A DNA stretch of 45,556 nucleotides from an uncultured Pseudobdellovibrionaceae bacterium (GCA_934277865.1 CAKQVW010000001.1:1-45556), one strand, 5' to 3'; positions 16,891 through 25,378 are shown, counted from the first letter of the stretch. Program-made: numbers and translations. Notes: generated from the letters alone by a model not told the origin.

Positions 16891-18537
16891 GTGAAGAAGT
16901 TAATCGCCCTCGGTCTAGGTGCTGTCTTTACACTGGTGATCTTCGAGATCGCCTTACGCCTTATTGGGTTCCAAGAGCTCTATTCTCGCGATGCACTCGG
17001 ACCAGGCGTGAAGTCCGAAATGCCGGCTATCATCTTCGTAGGGAACTCTCATACGATGGGTACTGGTGCTGCGCCTGGGAAAAGCTTTCCCGACCAATTC
17101 CGCGAGATCTTGAATGTTCGGCATGGGAAGAGTCCGTTTGAAATTGTGAACCTTGGCCGAGGCAATGCGAATTCGAGTTTTGTTGCGGATCAAATGCCGA
17201 AATTTCTCAAAACCTATCGGCCGCAGATTGTCGTCCTAATGACAGGTGAAACAAACTTCTGGAATCACCTTGGCTATTCAGATTTTGTCCAAAAGACGTC
17301 TCCCGGTCTGGAATCCATTGGTCTCAAATTTTACAACATGGCTTACTCGCTTCGGACCTTTCGCTTCATTCAACTCTTCAGCGAGTTTGTGATGCGCCCG
17401 AGGCAGGATCATCGATTTTTCTCAGACTATACCGAAGAGGATCGCGCATGGATCTGGGTGGCCTCAATGAACAATGCAAACATGTTCGATTCGTCGAAGA
17501 TGACACCTGCTGAAGCCAAAGATGCCTATGAGACTATCCGGAGCTATTCCGATAAACACGGATCTTCGCTGAGTCTTTTGGAAAGTCAGATCGAACTTCT
17601 GCCCAGACTGTGGAAGGGACGCCCCGAGCTCGAGGATGAGTGGAAAAAACAAATACGCGAGTACGCGGCAACGTTTGGGGAAAAGGGTTACAGCTATTAT
17701 CTCGACAGGCTGACCAACACGTACCTTCGTGAGTCGACGGATAGGACGATTCGTGAAGTGGCAGCTTCCATGCTTGCGAGACGGCCAAAGGACTTTGCTG
17801 ATTTACGTGAGGTTGTTGAATACCACCAGGAGGCTCGGTCCTATCGCAGCCGATCTATTGACGAGCAGATAGGTTTTTATACAGCGGTGTCGCTTGCATA
17901 TCCGACCCACGCCACAGCAAGGATATTTTTATGTAGCAAGCTTCGTCAGGCGAAGAGACTGCGCGAGGCGTTCGAAGTTGCAAAAGCTGGTATGGAGCTC
18001 AACCCTTTGGCGAATCAGTCCAACTGGATGAGTGAAATTCTTGTTACAGAGGAAGAGGCTCGAAAAGATACTTCGCCGGAGATGGCCAGTCTTATTGAAG
18101 ACATCGATAAATATCGGAAAGAATTTGTGCAGAGGTTTCCGCGCCATCGAGGAAGGGTCGCGAAAATCAGCGATGAAGAAATATTGAATTGGATTGAGTT
18201 CGACCTCGAACGAATCCGAAAATTGGTAGAGGAAAGCGGCGCAAAGTTGATGCTTCAGACCTATCCGCCAGAGCGTTGGGGCTCAGAAAAGCTTGTCGAC
18301 GCTCTCTTGCGTCGGTTTGCTGCAAAATACCAACTCCCACTATCTGACACGTCTCGTGAATTGATCCATCTAGAGCCGGATCCTAAGAAACGAGATCGAT
18401 TCTTCACGAAGATGTATGGTGATTACGACGCCCACTTAGGAGAAGAGGGCTACGCCGTCGTCGCCCGACTACTTGAGCGGGACTTCGTAGCGCAGGGTTG
18501 GCTCACTGACGCTCAAGGCGTCAGAGAGTCGAAATAA
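16891..18537 (+). CDS. Membrane-anchored SGNH/GDSL-like hydrolase with a large helical (TPR-like) insertion
   Basis: 548-aa ORF with a GTG start and an N-terminal TM (KKLIALGLGAVFTLVIFEIAL). Block I-like IIFVGNSHTMGTG, block II-like NLGRGNANS, block III-like VVLMTGETNFWN and a C-terminal block V-like YGDYDAHLGEEGYAVVA. About 300 aa of helical sequence lie between blocks III and V. Confidence 0.6.
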   Translation: MKKLIALGLGAVFTLVIFEIALRLIGFQELYSRDALGPGVKSEMPAIIFVGNSHTMGTGAAPGKSFPDQFREILNVRHGKSPFEIVNLGRGNANSSFVADQMPKFLKTYRPQIVVLMTGETNFWNHLGYSDFVQKTSPGLESIGLKFYNMAYSLRTFRFIQLFSEFVMRPRQDHRFFSDYTEEDRAWIWVASMNNANMFDSSKMTPAEAKDAYETIRSYSDKHGSSLSLLESQIELLPRLWKGRPELEDEWKKQIREYAATFGEKGYSYYLDRLTNTYLRESTDRTIREVAASMLARRPKDFADLREVVEYHQEARSYRSRSIDEQIGFYTAVSLAYPTHATARIFLCSKLRQAKRLREAFEVAKAGMELNPLANQSNWMSEILVTEEEARKDTSPEMASLIEDIDKYRKEFVQRFPRHRGRVAKISDEEILNWIEFDLERIRKLVEESGAKLMLQTYPPERWGSEKLVDALLRRFAAKYQLPLSDTSRELIHLEPDPKKRDRFFTKMYGDYDAHLGEEGYAVVARLLERDFVAQGWLTDAQGVRESK

Positions 18538-19672
18538 TTTTTTTCAACCGATTCAGCGCCTCATCAATTTCGGTCGTCGTTGTCGTGGGTGAAAAGCTAA
18601 ATCGCAACTGATGAGCTAGGCGGTCGTCGCGTCTCATTGCCAAAAGAACGGCGCTTCGATCGGATTTCCCTGTGCCGCAGGCGGCGCCTGTTGAACATGC
18701 AACCAGTTCGTCTGCGAGCTGCCGATGTAAGACCTTGGACTCAAATTTCGGAAAAGTAAAACTGAGGACATGGCAAAGCGAGCTCTTTTCAACCTCTCCA
18801 TTAAACTGCACATCGTGAAACCGTTTCTTTAGCTCGTCGATAGTGTGTCTTTTGATTTGTGAAAGATCGGTGATCGTTTTCGAGGTCCAAGTCGTCGAGG
18901 CTTTGGCAAAGGCTGAAATCAACTCGACAGAGGTTGTGCCAGGTCGAAGTCCTTTTTCTTGTTTTCCCCCATATACCAACGGGGAAATTTCGATGCCTTT
19001 CCTGATGTAGAGGGCACCGACGCCCTTTGGTCCACGAACCTTGTGGCCGCTGAGGGTCATCAGATCTACTGGCAGCGTGTTGATCTGAAATTCCGTGTGA
19101 CAAAAGCTTTGGCAGGCGTCGGCGTGAAACCGCACGCCGCGCTCTCGGCAGATGGTACCGATTTTTTCTAAATCTTGGATGGTTCCGATTTCATTGTTCC
19201 CGTGAGAGACCGAAACCAAAACCGTATTGGCTTGAATCAAACTTTTCAGGTTCGAAAGGTCCACATAGCCAAGGGCGTCCACTTGCACTTCGTCCCAGGC
19301 GATCAGTCCATCTTCTTTCATTCGTGCGGCGGTATTTGCGACGCTCGAGTGTTCGGTCGAAGCCGTGATGATATGGGGTAGGCCGGCTTTGTCAGAGGTG
19401 GTTCGCTTCCAATCAGAAGCAGATCGTTGCAGCACCCAGTTGTTGGCCTCTGTCCCGCCCGAGCAGAAGATGATTTCAGAAGGCAAGCTCCCAAGTTTCG
19501 TAGCGATTGTTTCGCGGGCCACTTCGAGAAGTGCGGCAGCCTTTGTCCCCGGGCGATGCGCCGAGGACGAGTTTGCGACTCCGGATTCCAGGAGCTCGAA
19601 CAGATGGTTGCGGGCTTCAGGCGCCATGGAGGTGGTTGCGGCATGATCGAGATAGATTTCTGTCTGCTTCAT
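18521..19672 (-). CDS. Cysteine desulfurase (class V aminotransferase, NifS/IscS-like)
   Basis: Start chosen at MKQTEIYLDHAATT (ATG 19672, GGAGGA 9 nt upstream). PLP-lysine motif SGHKVRGPKGVGALYIRKG. FCSGGTEANN. Active-site loop STGAACGTG. The 3' end overlaps the convergent SGNH gene by 17 nt. Confidence 0.85.
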   Translation of the reverse strand: MKQTEIYLDHAATTSMAPEARNHLFELLESGVANSSSAHRPGTKAAALLEVARETIATKLGSLPSEIIFCSGGTEANNWVLQRSASDWKRTTSDKAGLPHIITASTEHSSVANTAARMKEDGLIAWDEVQVDALGYVDLSNLKSLIQANTVLVSVSHGNNEIGTIQDLEKIGTICRERGVRFHADACQSFCHTEFQINTLPVDLMTLSGHKVRGPKGVGALYIRKGIEISPLVYGGKQEKGLRPGTTSVELISAFAKASTTWTSKTITDLSQIKRHTIDELKKRFHDVQFNGEVEKSSLCHVLSFTFPKFESKVLHRQLADELVACSTGAACGTGKSDRSAVLLAMRRDDRLAHQLRFSFSPTTTTTEIDEALNRLKKIISTL

Positions 19673-19718
19673 AGAAGTCGATCCTCCTCGCTTGCTAAAA
19701 ATCAAGCAAGTCGAGACA

Positions 19719-20789
19719 ATGGGCGGCGAGATGTCGGATCACAAGTCAGTCGCAATTTGCGACCTCAAATCAGGCAAAGAGGCTTCTTCGAAGACGTTGT
19801 GGTCTGTCGAGGAGGCCCTCGCGGCGAGAGTTAACAGCTGGGAGGGTTGGTTCTGCGCAGCTGGCTCCGAAAATCTGCATATCTCAGCAGACGGCAATCT
19901 CTTCTCGGCCACATGTCGTGTCGGTGGCTATCTTGGGAACGTGTTCGAAGGGCAGATGTCGCTTCCAGAAAAATGGATCGTCTGCACGAAAAAGTGGTGT
20001 ATGTGCGGAGCCGACATGCAAATCCGCAAAGCGAAAAATGCCGAGCTGATTGCGTCGGCCCGGCAGCCGCTCCCGAAAGATGCCGACGTCGAGTCACAGG
20101 GCGATGTCGCGAAGCGAGCAGCCGCAGCCTTGGCGGCCAATCTTGTCGTACCGGCGCAACACGATACCCATTTGGCATTTCCGAAATCGATCACGTGGGA
20201 CCTTTCGCGCCGATGCAATTATTCCTGTTCCTACTGCCATCCTTCTGTCTCGAACCAGTACGAGAGCCACCACTCACAGCGGACCTTGTTAGAAGCTGTT
20301 GATCGATTAGAGCGTCGTTTCTGCAGAGGAGAAAAGGCCAAGTGGGTTTTCACGGGTGGTGAGCCGACGATCAATCCTGCCTTTATGGATGTCGTGGATC
20401 GTATCAACTCGTATGGGCACACGGTTCATGTTCAAAGTAACGGGAGCCGTGGACCTGCTTACTTTCGCGAGCTCATCGCCAAAGCCTGTGTCGGATTGAG
20501 TCTGCACCTGGAAGCTGATGCGGTGGACCGGTTTCTAGAAACCTGCGCTGCGATTGTCGACGAAAAGGAAACAAATGAATTGGCGTCGCGAATGTGGTTT
20601 GGCGTACGCATCATGGTAGGACCCGGTCGTGTTGAAGAGGCCATTGCGCTCAAACGTCGATTGCAGGAGATCTCAGGATTCTCGAAGTGGGGAAATATCA
20701 ACATGAGTCCGTTGTACAAGCGTCTTAAGCAAGACGAACTGATGGAATACTCAAAAGATGAGTATCAAGAACTCCTAAGGCACGTTTAG
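19719..20789 (+). CDS. Radical SAM enzyme A with an extra N-terminal Cys cluster
   Basis: CX3CX2C motif RRCNYSCSYCHP plus the GGEP-type SAM motif FTGGEPTINP. An N-terminal auxiliary-cluster-like pattern precedes the core: WFCAAG...ATCRVGGYLGNVF...CTKKWCMCG. The start is uncertain (TTG 19692, ATG 19719 or ATG 19731). Divergent from the desulfurase gene. Confidence 0.75.
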   Translation: MGGEMSDHKSVAICDLKSGKEASSKTLWSVEEALAARVNSWEGWFCAAGSENLHISADGNLFSATCRVGGYLGNVFEGQMSLPEKWIVCTKKWCMCGADMQIRKAKNAELIASARQPLPKDADVESQGDVAKRAAAALAANLVVPAQHDTHLAFPKSITWDLSRRCNYSCSYCHPSVSNQYESHHSQRTLLEAVDRLERRFCRGEKAKWVFTGGEPTINPAFMDVVDRINSYGHTVHVQSNGSRGPAYFRELIAKACVGLSLHLEADAVDRFLETCAAIVDEKETNELASRMWFGVRIMVGPGRVEEAIALKRRLQEISGFSKWGNINMSPLYKRLKQDELMEYSKDEYQELLRHV

Positions 20790-22150
20790 TAAACTTTCAG
20801 GAATTCGTTGAGTTCGGGAAAAATCTTTGCAAACGAGGTTCCGCGTTCTGCGTCCAAGCGTCGAATGTAGTCACGCGTTTGTGGAAGCCGGTCCGAATGG
20901 TCGGCCTCATTCATCAAATTGATGATGCCTTGAATTTTGTTCGATTTCTTTTTGCTACGCTCTTCGAACGCCAAAAGCTTTTCGGTAACGATCTTCTTCA
21001 GCTCGGCCGGATAGTTCTGAATGGAAAGGTACGGAGGGTAGTGCACAACCCCGGGGTGGAAATAGCCGTTGAAACCTTTTGTCACCTTTTTGAAGTTTTG
21101 GTCCTCGATCCATTGTGCGTAGTCCGCCAAATAGAACATGTTCATCATGTGAACGGAGCAGAGAAGCATGACCTTCACACTCTCGGGCGATTCTTCGTCG
21201 AGGCATTTGAGGTTCGTCGCGATTGACTCCCAGTTCGCCGGGAAGCGCATGTAGTTATTCTTCTCTCCCCAACAATCAAGACTGATAAAAACCTCGACTA
21301 GCTTAAACTCCTTCCAAAGCGGGAACAGAGTTTTATCTAGAAGCGTGCCGTTTGTATGATAGCGAATCTGAATGTTCTTGGCGGCGCCAGTGCGGACGCA
21401 GGCTTCAACAAGCTTTCGTGTTTCGTCGAGCAACATCGGCTCGCCGCCACCCACGATGATCTCTCGCATGTTGGGAAGCATGGATTCGATCGAGTCCCAA
21501 AACGCAGGGTCCTTGTACCATTCGAATCGGGACTGATTGATCTGGCTCTTGTGCGCCCATTCACTGCGGACTTCGCTGGTTTCTGCTGTTTCGGCGATGC
21601 GCTTCGCAAGTGCTGTCCAACGACTCGAATCTTGAGGACGGCACATAACACATTGGAGATTGCACGTGTTACCTAGGCGCAAGTCGATTGCGACGATGTC
21701 CTCATTCAGCGTTCCATCTTCTTTTGTGCGATGAACGCGATCGAGGACAAATTCACGTCCGAAACGCTCTTTCCAAACTCGGTTCTCAGTGATTCGGTGT
21801 GACCGATAGCCGTTTTTCTCTTCGGCGTAACAGTGTGCACATGCTGAAACCTTTTCGCCCTTCAGCATTTTGAGTCGGGCAGATTTCAGGTAGTCCGAGT
21901 TCCACGCCGATTGCAGACTTTGATCATTCAAGTTCAGCTTGTTTTCGTTCTTGGCGACACAGCAAAGAATGGCCGAGCCGTCCGTGTAGGTGGCAAGATG
22001 GGTGAATGGAAGAACGCAAAACGTAGGCGAAATTCGGCCAAACTCATATGGGTCGCTCAGCGATTCTTCTTTTTGCGAGCCCTCGAGGTTTCTAACCGGA
22101 TCAACGTTTTTGAAGGGGAATTCGTCTTTCTTGCCAAAGAAACTAGCCAT
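20786..22150 (-). CDS. Radical SAM enzyme B with an N-terminal twitch/SPASM-like Cys domain
   Basis: 454 aa. N-terminal FCVLPFTHLATYTDGSAILCC...AWNS...ACAHC (Cys45, 63, 64, 104, 107), then the radical SAM motif GNTCNLQCVMC (Cys163/167/170) and GGGEPML. Its stop codon shares TTAG with the stop of convergent enzyme A. Confidence 0.8.
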   Translation of the reverse strand: MASFFGKKDEFPFKNVDPVRNLEGSQKEESLSDPYEFGRISPTFCVLPFTHLATYTDGSAILCCVAKNENKLNLNDQSLQSAWNSDYLKSARLKMLKGEKVSACAHCYAEEKNGYRSHRITENRVWKERFGREFVLDRVHRTKEDGTLNEDIVAIDLRLGNTCNLQCVMCRPQDSSRWTALAKRIAETAETSEVRSEWAHKSQINQSRFEWYKDPAFWDSIESMLPNMREIIVGGGEPMLLDETRKLVEACVRTGAAKNIQIRYHTNGTLLDKTLFPLWKEFKLVEVFISLDCWGEKNNYMRFPANWESIATNLKCLDEESPESVKVMLLCSVHMMNMFYLADYAQWIEDQNFKKVTKGFNGYFHPGVVHYPPYLSIQNYPAELKKIVTEKLLAFEERSKKKSNKIQGIINLMNEADHSDRLPQTRDYIRRLDAERGTSFAKIFPELNEFLKVY

Positions 22151-23474
22151 GAACGGAATATCCTTCCGCGTGCAGCAAGCTGCTGAGGTCGGGAAGCGTT
22201 TGTTCCATACGTTGCTTGCGGTGCAGGTCGAGCATGCGTGTGTAGTGGATGAAGTCTTTCATCTTTGCTTCATCTTGTTCGGGATGTTCGGAAAGCAAAT
22301 TGATGCAACTATCGATGGAATTCTTAAGGAACCGCTGAGTCTCGTAGGTCTTCGAGCGCGTCTTGTAGGCCTCAAGGCGGCGCACGGCCTCTTGCTTGGC
22401 GGAGTTTGGCAAGATCTGCGCGTTGATGTAGTTCGGGTCTGTTGCATACAAGAAGTCGACGTTGATGTCGCGTCCGGACTCAAGCGCGACACTCTCGATG
22501 TAATCGAGCAGTCTTGTAATCGTTAGCACATTGTAAATTTGCAGAACTGGCGTCACGCCAATCTGAACGTTTTTTGGCAGCTTGACCAGTTTACGGAAAT
22601 TCTTGTCGATGGTTTCCCATCGACTGAGATACCGAATGTATTCGTTCTCGGGGCCATGGCCATCTATCGAGGCATTGATCAAAACAAACTGGAAGTGCGG
22701 CAGGTATTCTAAAAATTTGTCCTGCACATTGGTGCAGTTGATGTTGAACATCAGAAAGATGTTCTTCGAGTGCCCGGAATCGATACAGGCCTGCATGAAT
22801 TTGTAATTGCGTTCGATCAGAGTGGGCTCACCGCCCGTCAGATAAACCTTGCGCAAATTTGGAATCGAGCGAATGACCTCATCCCAAAATAAATCTGACT
22901 CATACCATTCTGGTGTTTCAGCTGGTTTTTTGCCGCCATTGAAGCGGTTCCAAAACTCGCGGTACTCTTCGTTTTGGTCGTAGAGCTGCACGGTCTCGCG
23001 ATAGATCTGGCTTGAATTATAGGGGTTGCAGGATCGGCACTTGAGATTGCAGAGGTTGCCCAGTCGCAAATCCAAATAGAGCGCCGGTTTATCAAGCTTG
23101 AAATCATTTTTACGAGAAGCTTCGACACGCTCTTCAATTTCGGTGCGCGCCTTGTTCATCCACTCTTCGTTGTGCATTTCGCGATAGGATGTTTTTCCAA
23201 TCGACTCTTGGAAATAACACAGCTCACACCCTGGAACTTGCTCGCCTTCGAGCATGCCTTTGCGAATGCTGCGCATGTGATTGGAGTTCCACGCCGCTTC
23301 CAATGGTTCGACGCCGGCGCGGTAACCGTGCCCATCGTCTTTCTTCACCATGCCGCCGCCTTTGGCGACGCAACAGAATCCAACTTTGCCGTTTGACTGA
23401 ACGACTTGTTCGATCCACGGGTAGACGCAGAACGTGTTGGCCGACAATTTGGAATCGCGATTGGATCCTGCCAT
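22143..23474 (-). CDS. Radical SAM enzyme C, paralog of B, with an N-terminal twitch/SPASM-like Cys domain
   Basis: 443 aa. FCVYPWIEQVVQSNGKVGFCC...AWNS...GCELC (Cys16, 34, 35, 83, 86), then GNLCNLKCRSC (Cys142/146/149) and TGGEPTL. An 8-nt overlap with the start of enzyme B suggests translational coupling. Confidence 0.8.
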   Translation of the reverse strand: MAGSNRDSKLSANTFCVYPWIEQVVQSNGKVGFCCVAKGGGMVKKDDGHGYRAGVEPLEAAWNSNHMRSIRKGMLEGEQVPGCELCYFQESIGKTSYREMHNEEWMNKARTEIEERVEASRKNDFKLDKPALYLDLRLGNLCNLKCRSCNPYNSSQIYRETVQLYDQNEEYREFWNRFNGGKKPAETPEWYESDLFWDEVIRSIPNLRKVYLTGGEPTLIERNYKFMQACIDSGHSKNIFLMFNINCTNVQDKFLEYLPHFQFVLINASIDGHGPENEYIRYLSRWETIDKNFRKLVKLPKNVQIGVTPVLQIYNVLTITRLLDYIESVALESGRDINVDFLYATDPNYINAQILPNSAKQEAVRRLEAYKTRSKTYETQRFLKNSIDSCINLLSEHPEQDEAKMKDFIHYTRMLDLHRKQRMEQTLPDLSSLLHAEGYSVHG

Positions 23475-23540
23475 ATAGAACCCCAGTCTCTAGCGGAATT
23501 GAGGAAATCTCAACTGTGTTCGCTGGAATCTTTCGAGGCT

Positions 23541-24746
23541 CTATAGGTCATATTTGCGCAGCGCTTGGATTCCAGCCTTGAAGCCGATGTGGACGATTCG
23601 TCCGAGAATTTCCGCGTTCAAGCTGAAGTGATCCACGAAAAACATCTCATAGTCGTTCGGTGACGGATGGATGTAGATGTAGTCCACGCCCGGGCGATAG
23701 TTCACGCGCTTTGTCAGGATTTCGAGTAGCTTTTCGCGATGCTCGTCGGGGAGGCCTTGTTGGCGGAAATAGCCGTCGACCGCGCTCATGATGGCCGAAA
23801 TCTGCTGTTGGTGCTCGATGTGCTTTTCGATCTTTTGTTGAATCACCTGATAGAGCGCCTGGTTCATGATCATGGGTATGCCATAGTTGTGCAGCGAGCC
23901 CATGACTGGCGTGTAGTGGTAGGGCTGAACCGAGTAGCTGGCAATGACGAGATCCGCACCGGCATCGGCCGCAACGTGCGTTGATAGGGTTTCGCGAATC
24001 TCTCCGTCAAAAAAGTAGAGATCTTTGCCTTTTTGGTTCTTGATGCCATATGGCGCGAAGAAGGGTGGCAGAGCCGTACTGGCTGCGACCGCCTGAGAAA
24101 TCGACGCGAAGTTGGCGTACTTGATATTTCGAACCTTAAAAGTCTCAGGAAAGTTTCCGAAGACGACCTTGCGTGAGTGATTGAGCTGCGTGGCGATCAC
24201 GTAACTTTCGACTCCAAGCTGCGCAAAATCATTTTCGCTGAGAACATTCTGGCGCATGTAGCGCTCGATGTTTGCTGTCGTGAAGAGGCCGTTTAGTTTG
24301 AAGCCATTTTTGAGAAATGATTCGAGGCCACCGGTGACGAGGCTTTTTCTGCGAAGAAGACCTGGCAGCGTTCCTAAAAAATTCACGCCGTTCATGGCGA
24401 AGATATCGCGATAGGTGATGGGGCGAAGTTTGGTGAAGACTTTTTTGCGTCGAGAGAACTTATTCAGTTCGGTTTCGGCCCCGCGCTCGAAGGCATCGAT
24501 GATCGAATCCACGGAGTGACCGGCCGCCAGAAGTGACGTCACAAAAGATCCCGCGCTGGACCCCACGTAGGTTTTAAACGTCATCTTGTCTTCCGGGAAC
24601 CGCAGGCGCACATCCTCTTTCGAGCCACCGGCGAAGTTGAATCCCTTTTCACGTAACGCGAGACAGACGCCTAAATGAAACGCTGCAGCTTTGATTCCGC
24701 CGCCCGAAAGTACCAGGCCTAACTTCTTTTTCTCACTGAGCCGCAT
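23541..24746 (-). CDS. Patatin-like phospholipase
   Basis: Oxyanion motif LVLSGGGIKAAAFHLG, nucleophile elbow GSSAGS and catalytic Asp motif FFDGEI. Start placed at MRLSEKKKLG (24746); the track ORF extends to 24815. Confidence 0.85.
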   Translation of the reverse strand: MRLSEKKKLGLVLSGGGIKAAAFHLGVCLALREKGFNFAGGSKEDVRLRFPEDKMTFKTYVGSSAGSFVTSLLAAGHSVDSIIDAFERGAETELNKFSRRKKVFTKLRPITYRDIFAMNGVNFLGTLPGLLRRKSLVTGGLESFLKNGFKLNGLFTTANIERYMRQNVLSENDFAQLGVESYVIATQLNHSRKVVFGNFPETFKVRNIKYANFASISQAVAASTALPPFFAPYGIKNQKGKDLYFFDGEIRETLSTHVAADAGADLVIASYSVQPYHYTPVMGSLHNYGIPMIMNQALYQVIQQKIEKHIEHQQQISAIMSAVDGYFRQQGLPDEHREKLLEILTKRVNYRPGVDYIYIHPSPNDYEMFFVDHFSLNAEILGRIVHIGFKAGIQALRKYDL

Positions 24747-24896
24747 CCCACTGATTGTAAAGAGCTGCTCTGAGCAAGGACAGCCGAAAAATGCGGATCT
24801 GGCATTGTAATGCACTGTTCCGAGTTCGAAGAATCTCTTTTCATGTCAGTCATTTAAGTTGTGCAGAATTCCTAAGAGCCGCTAGTCTGGCCAGGA

Positions 24897-25370
24897 ATGG
24901 AACAGTGGCTTCTTCTGACAGACTACGCCAGCAAATACCGCGTGAGCGTTTCGACTCTCCGTCGACGAATCAAGGCGGGCTTGCAAGCGCACAAGTTTGA
25001 GGCGGGACGATATTATCTTCCCGACCATCTTGAGGCAGCCACGGCGGAGGCTCCCAGGCAGATGATGAAGGTCGCCGAGCCGGTTCCTTTGAAGGCAGCA
25101 ATTGAGGCCACTCCGGTCCCACCGGCGGTTACATTGGCAGCAGTCGAAGCGATCGCAAAAGCGGACGTCAAATTGTCGGATGAGCCGTTGATCACCACGA
25201 CGACCAAACTCCTCAACGAACTCAAGCAGGCCTACACGTTGATCCTTCATGAAAAAGAAGAGCAGATCATCTACTTAAAAGAAGAGATCGCGGATTTAAA
25301 AACGTTGGTCCGCGTGCTCGAATCGGAAAACGCGCGACTGCGCAGTCCATCTTCGGACTTCGGTAATTAG
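24897..25370 (+). CDS. Small DNA-binding protein: N-terminal excisionase/MerR-type helix-turn-helix plus C-terminal coiled coil
   Basis: 157 aa. LLTDYASKYRVSVSTLRRRIKAGL...GRYYL resembles HTH_17/excisionase-type HTH. The C-terminus LLNELKQAYTLILHEKEEQIIYLKEEIADLKTLVRVLESENARL is heptad-like. SD is poor. Confidence 0.55.
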   Translation: MEQWLLLTDYASKYRVSVSTLRRRIKAGLQAHKFEAGRYYLPDHLEAATAEAPRQMMKVAEPVPLKAAIEATPVPPAVTLAAVEAIAKADVKLSDEPLITTTTKLLNELKQAYTLILHEKEEQIIYLKEEIADLKTLVRVLESENARLRSPSSDFGN

Positions 25371-25378
25371 AAAAAGGG

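Noticed and set aside
18521-19672. Cysteine desulfurase considered as DndA/SspA of a DNA phosphorothioation system.
   Set aside because: No dndB-E or sspB-D-like genes (PAPS-reductase-like, SMC-like ATPase) and no dndFGH-type restriction partners are in the window.
23541-24815. Patatin-like lipase considered as a CBASS/anti-phage effector.
   Set aside because: I recognise no adjacent cyclase/CD-NTase, SAVED/sensor, TIR, helicase or nuclease gene. Its neighbours are biosynthetic-type enzymes.
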